From assembly GCF_009914755.1 (NCBI RefSeq), contig NC_060937.1: a stretch of DNA of 64,000 nt. One strand, given 5' to 3'. Of the stretch, positions 1 through 14,859 are shown piece by piece. A model generated the notes under the pieces. That model was not told the origin of the DNA and searched no databases. It was given only the letters and a program-made list of their open reading frames with translations. How positions within the stretch are numbered: position 1 is the first letter of the stretch; every line of letters starts with the position of its first letter. A program made the position numbers and the translations under genes. This stretch comes from the human T2T-CHM13v2.0 reference genome, Homo sapiens.

Positions 1-454
1 AGTCCGCAACAACAGTGGTGGGGGAAACCGGGGAGGCAGATGTGGGGTGCAGGCCTTGGGCGGGGAGGCCTGAGATGGGATCTCAGCCCGGGGATGGGAT
101 CTCAGCCTTGCTGGCGGACTGTGTATGAGCTACTTAATCCCCACCAGTCTCGGCCTCCTCCAAGGAAAAAGACGACAATGTGCATGACATTTTCAATACC
201 CAGACGGACTCGCACCCCGTGGTCACTGCCCCACGGCAGGCAGCTTTCGTTTTGTGTCACGGGCCTGGAGGCCTCGGTGGCTGCAGAAGGCTCCACTCCA
301 ACCCCAGTCTTTCCATTTCCACCTTCATGCTCACCAGGGAGCTCAGCCATGGGTTCACAGGTCTGCTGGCCATTCCGGTCTCTATTTTGTAAATTGCCTG
401 TCAGGCACATTCTTCACCTGATGTTCTGCTGAGCTGTTTCTTTTTCTGCTTAGA

Positions 455-773
<319 letters not shown>

Positions 774-774
774 T

Positions 775-1530
775 AGAAATTCACACACAGTCCAGACACT
801 AACCCTTTGTTAATTATATGGATCAAAGATACTTTCTCAAACCAGCAGCTTATCTTTTTACTTTGCTTATGATGTCTCTTACCAAAATTAGTTTTTAAAT
901 TTTCATGTAATTAAAATTATCAATGCCTTTTATACTTTTTGAATTATGTTCAAGAACTTCTCCCCTACTCCCACATGACACGACTGTTCTGTATTTTGTT
1001 CTCTGAGTTTCAAAGTTTTACTTTTTTACATGAGTCTTAAATCCATCTGGAAATGAAATAAGGGTTTAATTTTGTTTTCTTCCATACAGTCAACTGTCAC
1101 TGAATTATGTTTTAAACAGTCTTTTTCCCATTAATTGATATATCTCACAAAAGACATTCCCATAAATTAATAGATCCACAGACTGGTTGATTTCTATCTG
1201 GCTTCGCAATTTTGTTCCATTGGTCTGTTTATCCATTCATAACCTAATACCACACCATTTTAATTATTAGAGCATTATAATATATCTCTAGTGTTCTTCT
1301 TTCAAGCCTTCTTGGCTTGGCTTTGCCCTTGATTATTCCATATGATTAAGCCATCCTTGGATTTCTGGAAAAAACTATCTTCAAACTAAAAAAATACTTC
1401 ATAGTCACCTGTAGATTCAAGTTGCTAACATTAATAATTAACAATTACATACTTCTATTCATCAGTGAGATTAGTCTGTATGGTGTGAAGGCTATACTAG
1501 CTTCATAACATGAAGTGATGAGAGTTTCTT
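775..1530 (-). mobile_element. Old L1M fragments
   Basis: AT-rich; degenerate match to antisense L1 ORF2 (TTTTGTTCCATTGGTCTG...ATACCACAC...TTTAATTA). Confidence 0.6.
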
Positions 1531-1570
1531 TTTTTTATTTTCTGCAAGATTGATTAATTAATCAGTTATT

Positions 1571-2460
<890 letters not shown>

Positions 2461-2590
2461 TCAACTTCGTTAGGCTGTTTTTTTCTCAGAATTATCCATT
2501 TCTGTCTCTTCATTTTTTTCTTTTGATTCTTAAAAATCTCTACAAATCTTCAAATTACAGCACCTTTTCATTTCTACTATATCTTATCCT

Positions 2591-3777
2591 TTTTTTTTTT
2601 TCTTTCTGAGATAAGAGTCTCACTCTGTCGCCCAGGCTGGAGTGCAGTGGTGTGATCTTGGCTCACTACAGCCTGTTCTAAACTCACGAATGCACCAATC
2701 ACGACTGCACCATACGCTTGAAATGGGGGAACTGTGGGATATGTGGATTATACCTCAACAAAGATTTCTCTTCAGTGTCTGTGCTTTTATGTATGTGTGT
2801 ATGTATGTATGTTTGTATATATTTATTTGAGACAGGGTCTTGTCCTGTTGCCCAGGCCTGAGTGCAGTGGTGTGATCTCGGCTTTCTGCAACCTCTGTCC
2901 CCTGGGTTCAAGCAATTCTCCTGCTTCAGCCTCCCAAGTAGCTGGGACTACAGGCACCCGCCACCACGCCCAGCTAATTTTTGTATTTTTAGTAGAGATG
3001 GGGTTTCACCATGTTGGTCAGGCTGGTCTCGAACTCCTGACGTCAGGTGATCCTCTTGCCTCAGCCTCCCAAAGTGCTGGGATTACAGGCGTGAGCCACC
3101 GTGCCCAGCTACATTTTTTTCTTATCAGTCTTACCAGAGGTTTGTCTATTTATCAGTTTTCCCAAAGAACCAGATTTTTGTCTGAGTTTATCTTTTCTTC
3201 TGTTTCTCTGTTTCTGTCGCTAATTTTCAGTCCTTCATGTGTATGTTTATATCGGTCTATAAAAACTCTGGAAATACATACATCAGACTGATGATAACAG
3301 TTACCTCTGAGTAGGAGATAAATGGGGATGTGCCAGTGAAGGCGGGTCGTCACTTTTGTTTAAATTTTTATTTTGAGAGATGGGAGGGGTCTCACTTTAT
3401 TGCCCAGGCTGGTCTCGAACTTCTGGGCTCAAGTGATCCTCTCACCTTGTGGCCTCCCAGATGCTGGGATTATATGTGAGCTACTCTGCCCGGCCCTGTT
3501 TTTTTTTGAGATGGAGTCTCGCTCCGTCTTCCCACACTGGAGTGTAGTGGTGTGATCTAGCTCACTGCAACCTCAGCCTCCCTCAAGCTGATTCTTGTGC
3601 CTCAGCCTCCTAAGTAGCTGGGATTACAGGCATCTGCCACCACACCTGTCTAATTTTTGTATTTTTAGTGGAGGTGGGGTTTTGCCATGTTGGCCAGGCT
3701 GGTCTTGAACTCCCCTAAATGCCTGCCTCGGTCTTGCAAAGTGCTAGGATTACAGGCGTGAGCCACGGCTCCTGGCT
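2591..3777 (-). mobile_element. Antisense Alu cluster (fragment 2591-2674, AluS 2822-3109, FLAM ~3370-3495, AluS 3499-3777)
   Basis: Alu consensus matches. Confidence 0.88.
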
Positions 3778-3806
3778 GTCACTTTTTATTCTATAAAAAG
3801 TACTGT

Positions 3807-4268
<462 letters not shown>

Positions 4269-5962
4269 TTTGCCTCTTTTCTCTGCCGCTGGGAGAGCTC
4301 TGCCGGGATCGGAATAACCCCCTTTTCCTCCCATGATCCTAACAGTTTAGTTTTTGTACTTTCTTTTCTTTTTGAATCCAGACCTATTTGCATTGCAGTT
4401 TCGTTCAACTTAATCTCATAATGAATATCGGAAGTGACGTCGTATGGACTGAAAACGCATCTGTCCATCACACCAGCACGGCGGGGCCTGCTCCTGCCCT
4501 CTAGGTTGGTGCTGAGCCCTCCGACCTGAGCTCTCACCTGCTGCTGCTTGAGGTCTGCCCTCCACAAAGACAGGAACTCGTGTGTGCTCACCGATGTTTC
4601 CCACACCCCTGAACGGCGCCCAGAACACGATAGGTTTTCAACAATATGTGGTGAAAAGAACTGCATGGCCCACGGCTGTGAAGATTCGCCATGATTTGCA
4701 CTCAGACATAACCGAAGCAGGCTGTGAGCCCGTTTCCATGTCCTACCAATCCCACATTTGGATGTCTCCTAACTCCATCTGCCTCTAATTTCACCATTCC
4801 ACCTGGTCCAGGTGTTCACCGAACTGAGCTGAGACAGCCGGCATCCTTTCCGCCCTGCGAGGTTCTGCCTGCTGCTGCTGCTGCTGCACTGGGTCCCTGG
4901 GCCCCAGCCGGGTCAACAGCTCTTCCCACTCCCGGGAGCTCTGTGGGGTTCCCTTCCTCTGGGGCGGCTCCGTCAGGCTGGTCTCTGGCATCCTCATTTC
5001 TGCGCCCTTGGGTTGAGGGTGGCGCTGATTCCTCCCTGCCCTTAATGATGCACTTGAGCTTTGCCCCATCCGTGAGGACACACACTATGGTCTGTGAGTC
5101 ACACAGCCAGGATCTGAACCAGGCTCTGCCATGTACAGCGGTGGTCAGGCCAGCACGCAAATTCTCCCGGCCTTCGGTGTCCTCACCCTGGAAATGGGGT
5201 GGGTGACTGTGTCCGTGTGGTGTGGCTGTTCTGAGGACAAGCGCAGCTCAGCAGGAAACTGACACATGCCGTGTGCTCACCAGGCAGGAGCTGGAGCCAC
5301 ACACCCCCAGGCTCCAAACACTGGGGACTGGCCCGGCTGCCCCTCACGTCTCCTCTGCCCTGCAGGATGAGCACGCAGCCCCCTTGACCCAGCACCACAG
5401 CCAGGCTGGGGAAGGGCAGAGTGGTCTCAGCCCCAGGCCCTGCCCACCCGACTGATCCTCAGCTTCTCTTCCCAAGTGACTTGAGCCTGCAGCTCATCGT
5501 CTGCACTGGCCTTCACCATAACCCGTGGATAACTTATCCACTAATAAATACACTTTAATTATTAAATAATTAAACATTAATAAATAGAAAAGTGGAAAGG
5601 TTTGAAAAGAATGGTTTTCACCTTAAAAAGTAAGTAATTACTTAAAAAGCAACCATGGATATATATAGCGCAATTATTATGCTCTTACTAGTATTCACAA
5701 ACTCAGTACAAATACATACATAAAACCAAGATAGCCTCTCAGAGATTCTGTGATCAATACAAACCACACCGTGGCCCTCAATAGGCACAGAAGTTACCAA
5801 CTGAGGAAGGGGTGAGCCAACCACACAGCCCCAGCTGCCCACAAGGGCTAAGAGACGGCAAAAGGCCCTCTGCCGTCCCAGGAGCAAGCAGTTGCTGCAG
5901 CCGGACCCTGGCCACTCACATGGGTTTCTCCTTTTCAACTCAATTTCAAAGAAATTTTTTTA

Positions 5963-6513
<551 letters not shown>

Positions 6514-7469
6514 TTAGAAAAATGAGAAACAAATTCACATTGAGTTTTAAGCCCCCATTTGATTCTGCAATCATTCGGCTACAAACTACCCAGTTTCCAT
6601 TTCTCTTGCTTCTCCTTAAAACCTGCATAATTGCAGAATGATCCTTTAGTAAAACTCTAGAGTCACTAAATACCTACCGTCTAGTAATGTGTTTAGTCAA
6701 GCTTACGTGAAAAGTAAAAGCAAAAGGAAACAGTTTAAAGAAATCCTGAATACTAAAATCAAAGACTCTTCCACTAATGGTAACCTTGTGATAAAAGAAC
6801 ATAACTTACCATTGCTTTCTAAAGAAATTACTATATATCAACAGCATGAAACTCTCTGCCAGAGAGAAAATTATACCAATGACCACATTTTATAAAACCG
6901 TAAGGAACATGTGCTGACACGCGGGTGTTAGGAGAATTTCGTGGTGGAGACCCTTTTGGGAAATCCACGTGCACACCTGCCAAAGGGCGGGTGCTGCCTC
7001 CAACATCACGTATGTGACCCTCTCCATCGAGGGCAGCCCCAGACCCTGGGGGCTTCGCAGCCGTGAGTCAGCGCCATTTCCAGGTGACTGCGTTTTACAC
7101 GACTGAAATTCTCTTCTTTGTCACTCATTTGTAATTTCTAAAGTAAGTATTTCTCTAGTAATAAGGGAAAAGAATCCAGCTTCTGCCAGCCCACAAGATC
7201 AATTCACGTGATCGGAAGTGCGGAGGGGCAGCTGCAGAGAGCGATGCTGGCAGCAGCGCGGCGGCTTCAGTCACACAGGGATGTGGCGCTGTTCACCCGG
7301 AGCCAAAGCACTGGAGGACGGGCACGCAGCCTTACACGTCCCTTGGCCTGGACCTCCCCTTAAAAACAGACCCTAAGAGTTTCACTCAAAAAGCAAAAGT
7401 AACCAGTGCAGAGAAGATCATGTTCCAGAAGATGACGATGGAAGCTCTGGGAAGAACCGACTGCTTCGA

Positions 7470-10170
7470 GCTGATGACGGAAATGCTGGGAAGACCTCTG
7501 TGGCCAAAAGCAGACCCAGGAGGACTTTTGTGGCCGAGAGTGGACCCGAGAGGACCTCTGCGGCTGAGCAGACCTGGGAAGACATCTGTGGCCGAGAACA
7601 GACCCAGGAGGACCTCTGTGGACAAGAGCAGACCCGGGAGGACCTCTGTGGCTGACAGTGGACCCGGGAGGACCTCTGTGGCTGAGAGCAGACCCAGGAG
7701 GATCTCTGTGGCCGAGAGCAGACCCAGGAGCACCTCTGTGGCTGAGCGGATCCGGGAGGACCTCTGTGGCAGAGAGCAGACCCGGGAGGACCTCTGTGGC
7801 TGAGAGCGGACCTGGGAGGACCTCTGTGGCAGAGAGCAGACCCGGGAGGACCTCTGTGGCAGAGAGCAGACCCGGGAGGACCTCTGTGGCAGAGAGCAGA
7901 CCCGGGAGGACCTCTGTGCCTGACAGTGGACCCGGGAGGACCTCTGTGGCAGAGAGCAGACCCAGGAGGACCTCTGTGGCAGAGAGCAGACCCGGGAGGA
8001 CCTCTGTGCCTGACAGTGGACCCGGGAGGACCTCTGTGGCTGAGAGCAGACCCAGGAGGATCTCTGTGGCCGAGAGCAGACCCAGGAGGACCTCTGTGGC
8101 TGAGAGTGGACCTGGGAGGACCTCTGTGGCAAAGAGCAGACCCGGGAGGACCTCTGTGGCCGAGAGCAGACCCAGGAGGACCTCTGTGGCTGAGAGCAGA
8201 CCCAGGAGGATCTCTGTGGCTGAGAACAGACCCGGGAGGACCTCTGTGGACAAGAGCAGACCCGGGAGCACCTCTGTGGCTGACAGTGGACCCGGGAGGA
8301 CCTCTGTGCCTGACAGTGGACCCGGGAGGACCTCTGTGGCTGAGAACAGACCCAGGAGGACCTCTGTGGCCGAGAGCAGACCCAGGAGGACCTCTGTGGC
8401 CGAGAGCAGACCCAGGAGGACCTCTGTGGCTGACAGTGGACCCGGGAGGACCTCTGTGGCTGAGAGCAGACCCGGGAGGACCTCTGTGGCCGAGAGCAGA
8501 CCTGGGAGGACCTCTGTGGCTGACAGTGGACCCGGGAGGACCTCTGTGGCTGAGCGGATCTGGGAGGACCTCTGTGGCTGAGAACAGACCCGGGAGGACC
8601 TCTGTGGCTGACAGTGGACCCGGGAGGACCTCTGTGGCTGAGAGCAGACCCAGGAGCACCTCTGTGCCTGACAGTGGACCCGGGAGGACCTCTGTGGCTG
8701 AGCGGATCTGGGAGGACCTCTGTGGCTGAGAACAGACCCGGGAGGACCTCTGTGGCCGAGAACAGATCCGGGAGGACCTCTGAAGCCGAGAGCAGACCCG
8801 GGAGGACCTCTGTGGCTGAGCGGATCTGGGAGGACCTCTGTGGCAGAGAGCAGACCCGGGAGGACCTCTGTGGCCGAGAACAGATCCGGGAGGACCTCTG
8901 AAGCCGAGAGCAGACCCGGGAGGACCTCTGTGGCTGAGCGGATCTGGGAGGACCTCTGTGGCAGAGAGCAGACCCGGGAGGACCTCTGTGGCCAAGAACA
9001 GATCCGGGAGGACCTCTGAAGCCGAGAGCAGACCCGGGAGGACCTCTGTGGCTGAGCGGATCCAGGAGGACCTCTGTGGCAGAGAGCAGACCCAGGAGGA
9101 CCTCTGTGCCTGACAGTGGACCCGGGAGGACCTCTGTGGCTGAGCGGATCTGGGAGGACCTCTGTGGCTGAGAACAGACCCGGGAGGACCTCTGTGGCCG
9201 AGAACAGATCCGGGAGGACCTCTGAAGCCGAGAGCAGACCCGGGAGGACCTCTGTGGCTGAGCGGATCTGGGAGGACCTCTGTGGCAGAGAGCAGACCCG
9301 GGAGGACCTCTGTGGCCAAGAACAGATCCGGGAGGACCTCTGAAGCCGAGAGCAGACCCGGGAGGACCTCTGTGGCTGAGCGGATCTGGGAGGACCTCTG
9401 TGGCAGAGAGCAGACCCGGGAGGACCTCTGTGGCCAAGAACAGATCCGGGAGGACCTCTGAAGCCGAGAGCAGACCCGGGAGGACCTCTGTGGCTGACAG
9501 TGGACCCGGGAGGACCTCTGTGGCTGAGAGCAGACCCAGGAGGATCTCTGTGGCCGAGAGCAGACCTGGGAGGACCTCTGTGGCCGAGAGCGGACCCAGG
9601 AGCACCTCTGTGGCTGAGCGGATCCGGGAGGACCTCTGTGGCAGAGAGCAGACCCAGGAGGACCTCTGTGGCTGAGAACAGACCCGGGAGGACCTCTGTG
9701 GCTGAGAGCGGACCTGGGAGGACCTCTGTGGCTGAGCAGATCTGGGAGGACCTCTGTGGCAGAGAGCAGACCCGGGAGGACCTCTGTGGCAGAGAGCAGA
9801 CCCGGGAGGACCTCTGTGGCCAAGAACAGATCCGGGAGGACCTCTGAAGCCGAGAGCAGACCCGGGAGGACCTCTGTGGCTGAGCGGATCTGGGAGGACC
9901 TCTGTGGCAGAGAGCAGACCCGGGAGGACCTCTGTGGCCAAGAACAGATCCGGGAGGACCTCTGAAGCCGAGAGCAGACCCGGGAGGACCTCTGTGGCCA
10001 AGAACGGACCTGGGAGGACCTCTGAGGCCGAGAGCGGACCCGGGAGGACCTCTGTGGCCGAGAGCAGACCTGGGAGGACCTGTGTGGCTGAGCGGACCTG
10101 GGAGGACCTGTCTGGCCGAGTGGACCCGGGAGGATCTCCGTGGCTGAGAACGGACCCCTTTGAGTGGACA
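7470..10170. repeat. 30-bp GC-rich VNTR (~90 copies, with 28-bp variants and a 118-bp higher-order block) in GRTP1 intron 4
   Basis: Unit GAGAGCAGACCCGGGAGGACCTCTGTGGC(T/A/C); 10-aa periodicity in the ORF track. Confidence 0.97.
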
Positions 10171-10262
10171 GTGCTACTGGACCTGGGAGAGGGCGACCAT
10201 GTGGACAGTGTGGACACATGGAAATGCAGGTGGGTGATCATCGTGGAGAAAAAGCAGAACAT

Positions 10263-11023
<761 letters not shown>

Positions 11024-11129
11024 AGGTGCACATCTCCGCACACACATGTACGTATGTGCCTGTAGGTTCCAAAAGCCAGCTGTGCTCTGGCATTCTGTTA
11101 GTATGTAACATTGTGTTTGTGCCTTGTTT

Positions 11130-11492
11130 TTTAAGAATAGAGATGGGGTCTTGCTCTATTGCCCAGGCTGGTCTTGAACTCTTGGCCTCAAGCAAACAAT
11201 CCTCCTGCCTTGACCTCCCAAAGTGCATGATTATAGGCAAGGGCCACCCAGGTGGGTGGTGTTTTTTTTTTGTTTGTTTCTCGGTTTTTTTCAGACAGGG
11301 TCTTGCTCTGTTGCCCAGGCTGGAGTGTAGTGGTGCCAACATGGCTCACTGCAGGCTTGACCTCCCAGACCCAAACGACCCTCTCACCTCAGCCCCTCGA
11401 GCAGCCGGGACCACAGGCGTGTGCCACCACACCCCGCTAATTTTTAAAAATATTTTGTAGAGATGGAGTCTTGCCACCTTGCCCAGGCTGGT
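11130..11492 (-). mobile_element. FLAM and AluJ fragments
   Basis: Diverged antisense Alu sequence. Confidence 0.8.
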
Positions 11493-12469
11493 GTATGCAT
11501 TTTAATAAAGCTGTTTTTAAAACACAAAGGAGCAGTAAATAGAATGATGTAGAGGATTTCTTGCCCATTCTACCTCAACTCCAGAAGGCCACGTTCTTGC
11601 TCCTGGACAGTCATAAAAGTGAGGAATGGCAGGAATTCTGTCTGCAAAGGAGGGACTCTCCCAGCTTCACCCGACACGGCACTGCCGGCCAGCTACAGAG
11701 CCACACACGCACAGCACGTGGAACAGCTGGTGAGGACAGCGTGGTCCCGTGGCTCTGCTGCTGGCCTTTCACAGGGCGCTCCTCACGCAACGTCCACCCT
11801 TTCTCCTCGGGAGCATTCACTCTGCCAGGTGCCAGGCCCAGGGCTGTCCAGGCAGGGGCTCCACACTCCTCCAAACGTTCACTCAAACTGCATTTTCTGG
11901 TTGGTGCACGCCTGGCTCCCGGCTCCTACAGGAAGTTTCTGGGGGCATCACTGGGACTGCTAGGTTCGAACCACCCATCGCGACGATGTCCTTCCCTGTC
12001 CTAGAAACGTTTAAGCCAGCCACAACCCCTAGGAGCCTGTGAAGCACATGGCCTGAAATGCCAGGAAAGCACTCTCCAATCCCGGCGGCAGCCGTGGGCT
12101 CCAGGCTCCCAGCCACGGGGACTCACAGGCAGTCACGGGCTGTGCGCACACCTGGAAACCCTCGTGGAGGCCAGCCCTGCCCAGATGCCTGCCCTGCCCT
12201 CGGCGAGCTCAGACAGACTGGAACAGCACCACCAGCAACAGGCCCAGGCAGGACACACAGGCTGGGAGACTGCACGGCTCCTGGTTGCCCTGCATTCCGG
12301 CCTGTTCACTCCACTAGTTACTAACAGCAATGCCCTTAATATGCGCCCAGCTAGGTGGCCTCCGGGAGGCGCAAGGACTCTCCCAACTGCAGCTGCTGGT
12401 TCACACCACGGAGCCAGCCAGGGGATGACAGTGTAGACAGCAGACACTCTGGGAGTGGCCTCAGAGGAC

Positions 12470-12715
12470 GACACACACCTCACAGCACATGCACCCCATA
12501 GCACACACATCCCACAGCATAGCACATGCACCCCACAGCGCACGCACCCCACAGCACACATATCCCATACACACACCCCATGGTGCACACGCCTTCCAGC
12601 ATACACACCCCACAGCACACACACCCCACAGCACACACACCCCACAGCACACACACCCCACAGCACACATATCCCACAGCACACACACCCCACAGCGCAC
12701 GCACCCCACAGCACT
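12470..12715. repeat. CA-rich ~18-bp tandem repeat (CACACACCCCACAGCACA)
   Basis: Direct periodicity. Confidence 0.9.
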
Positions 12716-12952
12716 CGCCCTCTGTGTCCCGTGCTGATTATCCTCCCGCCACCTGAGGCCGGAATGAGGTCGTCGGCTGCTGCTCCCTGTCCTCCCTGCT
12801 GGGAAATGGCGTCCGAGCCTCAATGGGGCATCAGGACGTGGAATTCATGAACAGGGTTGACAGAGACGTGAGGCCGTCACTGCCGAGCCTGCAGCTGTGG
12901 ACAGACCTGTCCTCACAGCCACCTCATGGCGTCAGAGGGTCCCGAGGCTCAC

Positions 12953-13077
12953 CTGGCAGTAGCCCACTCCCTGGTTATGGTGCCCATATGCCAGCAGCAC
13001 ATTGTACAGGGTCCTCTGTAAGCAGGGGTCCGTGGTCTTCCGGAACTTCACGTTGTCGGGGAAGGTCCGGTTCAGGT
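12953..13077 (-). CDS. GRTP1: GRTP1 coding exon 4 (DLNRTFPDNVKFRKTTDPCLQRTLYNVLLAYGHHNQGVGYCQ)
   Basis: Acceptor TTTCCCACAG|ACC, donor CAG|GTGAGC, 125 nt; completes the catalytic IxxDxxRT arginine finger and carries the YxQ glutamine finger. Confidence 0.97.
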
Positions 13078-14329
13078 CTGTGGGAAATTCAGAAGGAATC
13101 ACCCACGGGTTTCTGTTCCACAAGCCTCCCACCCCTCCAGCTGCCCCGAGGGTGGCCACCTGGGTTCCACTTGGGACTTACGGACTGGTTTTCACCCTGG
13201 CCGCACAGCAGACTCAACACAGCCAGAGCGACAGGCTCACTGGGCCAGGAAGGAGGGGGTGATCCTGAACTCGGGGCGGAGAGGGGCCCTAACCGTCCTT
13301 CCCGCAGAGTCAGGGACGGCAGAGCGACCCCAGAGCTGGTGGCCAGGCCATGGCACTCCCTCCTCAATGCCCGTCTCCTCCCGGCCCCCAGCACAGGCCT
13401 CCTGCACCTCGGACCTCGCGCGTAGCGGAGGCAACTCTGCCTCGAGGACCCAGGGTGACAGGTGGAGAGAAATGCACACAAAACTTTGAGGTGTTTTCCT
13501 AATTTCAAAGATCCAAAACAGAAGGAGACAGAATAAATTGAGACTCCTCAGAGATAAAGGACACGGCTGAGAGCTGAGAGCTGAGAACTGAATAAACCTC
13601 GCGTTGTCAGCTTGTGTGTGCAGGAGGCATCCCTGCCGGCCTCTTCCTTCCTCAGCACCAACCCCTCCCACTGTCCCGCCCAGGCATCTCTTGGCAGGAC
13701 AGTGTGGCCTTGGCCAAGCTGTTTAGTGCTGGGGGACCCGGATACCACGTGGGTCCCTGAGACTAACCAAGCCTCACGCTGACCAAGTGCCAGGCCTCAC
13801 TGAAGCTGACCTCCGCGTTAACCCTGGACACAAGCCGAGCAGGAAGGATAATGCCGGCTTGACAACTCCACTGGTTTCTGCTCCCACTGGCCCTACCTCT
13901 GTTAGAGGTGTTCGCCAGGCACCCCATGCGGTCACCAGCAGACAGCCGCTTTCTGCACAAGTTCCAAGATGGACTCACAGCAGTCCCCGCCAGCCATGAC
14001 GCTGAGATGGGTGTACACCCAGCTCTGGAGGAACCCAACCGCCTGTGGTCTCTCCACAACGGCTGCAAAATACCGTAAGTCTGTTTCCGACCTCTGGCCC
14101 CAGGCCTTATCTTTGCTTACAAAAAACTAGATTTGGGCGAACATTAGTTCAATGCCTCAGAGCACATTATTTCTCATTGTGTGTTTTCTTACAAAAGAGC
14201 CTTTTTTTTTTTTTCTGGAATTCTAAACATTCCAAAAAATGGAATCAGTCAAGGGGAAGTTAGTATTTTTGCTATTTCAGACTAGAGTGACCAGCTGTGT
14301 TCATTTCTATGTAATATTTTTATTGAGTT

Positions 14330-14428
14330 TTCTATATTTATATATATATTTATATATATTTATATTTTTATATATTTTTATATATTTTTATATATTTATA
14401 TATATTTTATATATATATTTATATATAT

Positions 14429-14460
<32 letters not shown>

Positions 14461-14738
14461 TAACACAGGGTCTCACTCTGTCACCCAGGCTGGAGTGCAG
14501 AGGTGCAATCACGGCTCACTGCATCCTCGACCTCCAGGGCTCAAGCGATCCTCCCACCTCAGCTTCCTGAGTAGCTGAGACTACAGGCACACACCACCAT
14601 GCCTGGGCTAATTTACGTATTGTTTTGTAAAGACAGAGTTTTGCCATGGTGGCCAGGCTGGTCTTGAACTCCTGAGCTCAACTAATCCGCCTGCCTCAGC
14701 TTCCCGAAGTGCTGGGATTACAGGCGTGAGCCACCACA
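14330..14738 (-). mobile_element. AluJ (14462-14738) with (TA)n/TATTT microsatellite tail
   Basis: Alu consensus preceded by ~130 bp of pure AT repeat. Confidence 0.88.
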
Positions 14739-14859
14739 CTAAGTTTCTTGATATGTTTTGATAACATCCTGTGGGAAAGGAGATGGCTCCATCTCCATTG
14801 TGGAGACAGAAGAGCATGGGAGCTTTCTGTCTGCACTGCGTGGCCTGGCATTGGCTCTG

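Noticed and set aside
5525-5541. TTATCCAC inverted pair resembling bacterial DnaA boxes
   Set aside because: No meaning in human DNA; kept only as a quasi-palindrome
7470-10170. Regularly spaced ~30-bp repeats resembling a CRISPR array
   Set aside because: Contiguous tandem units with no unique spacers, no cas genes, and a human context
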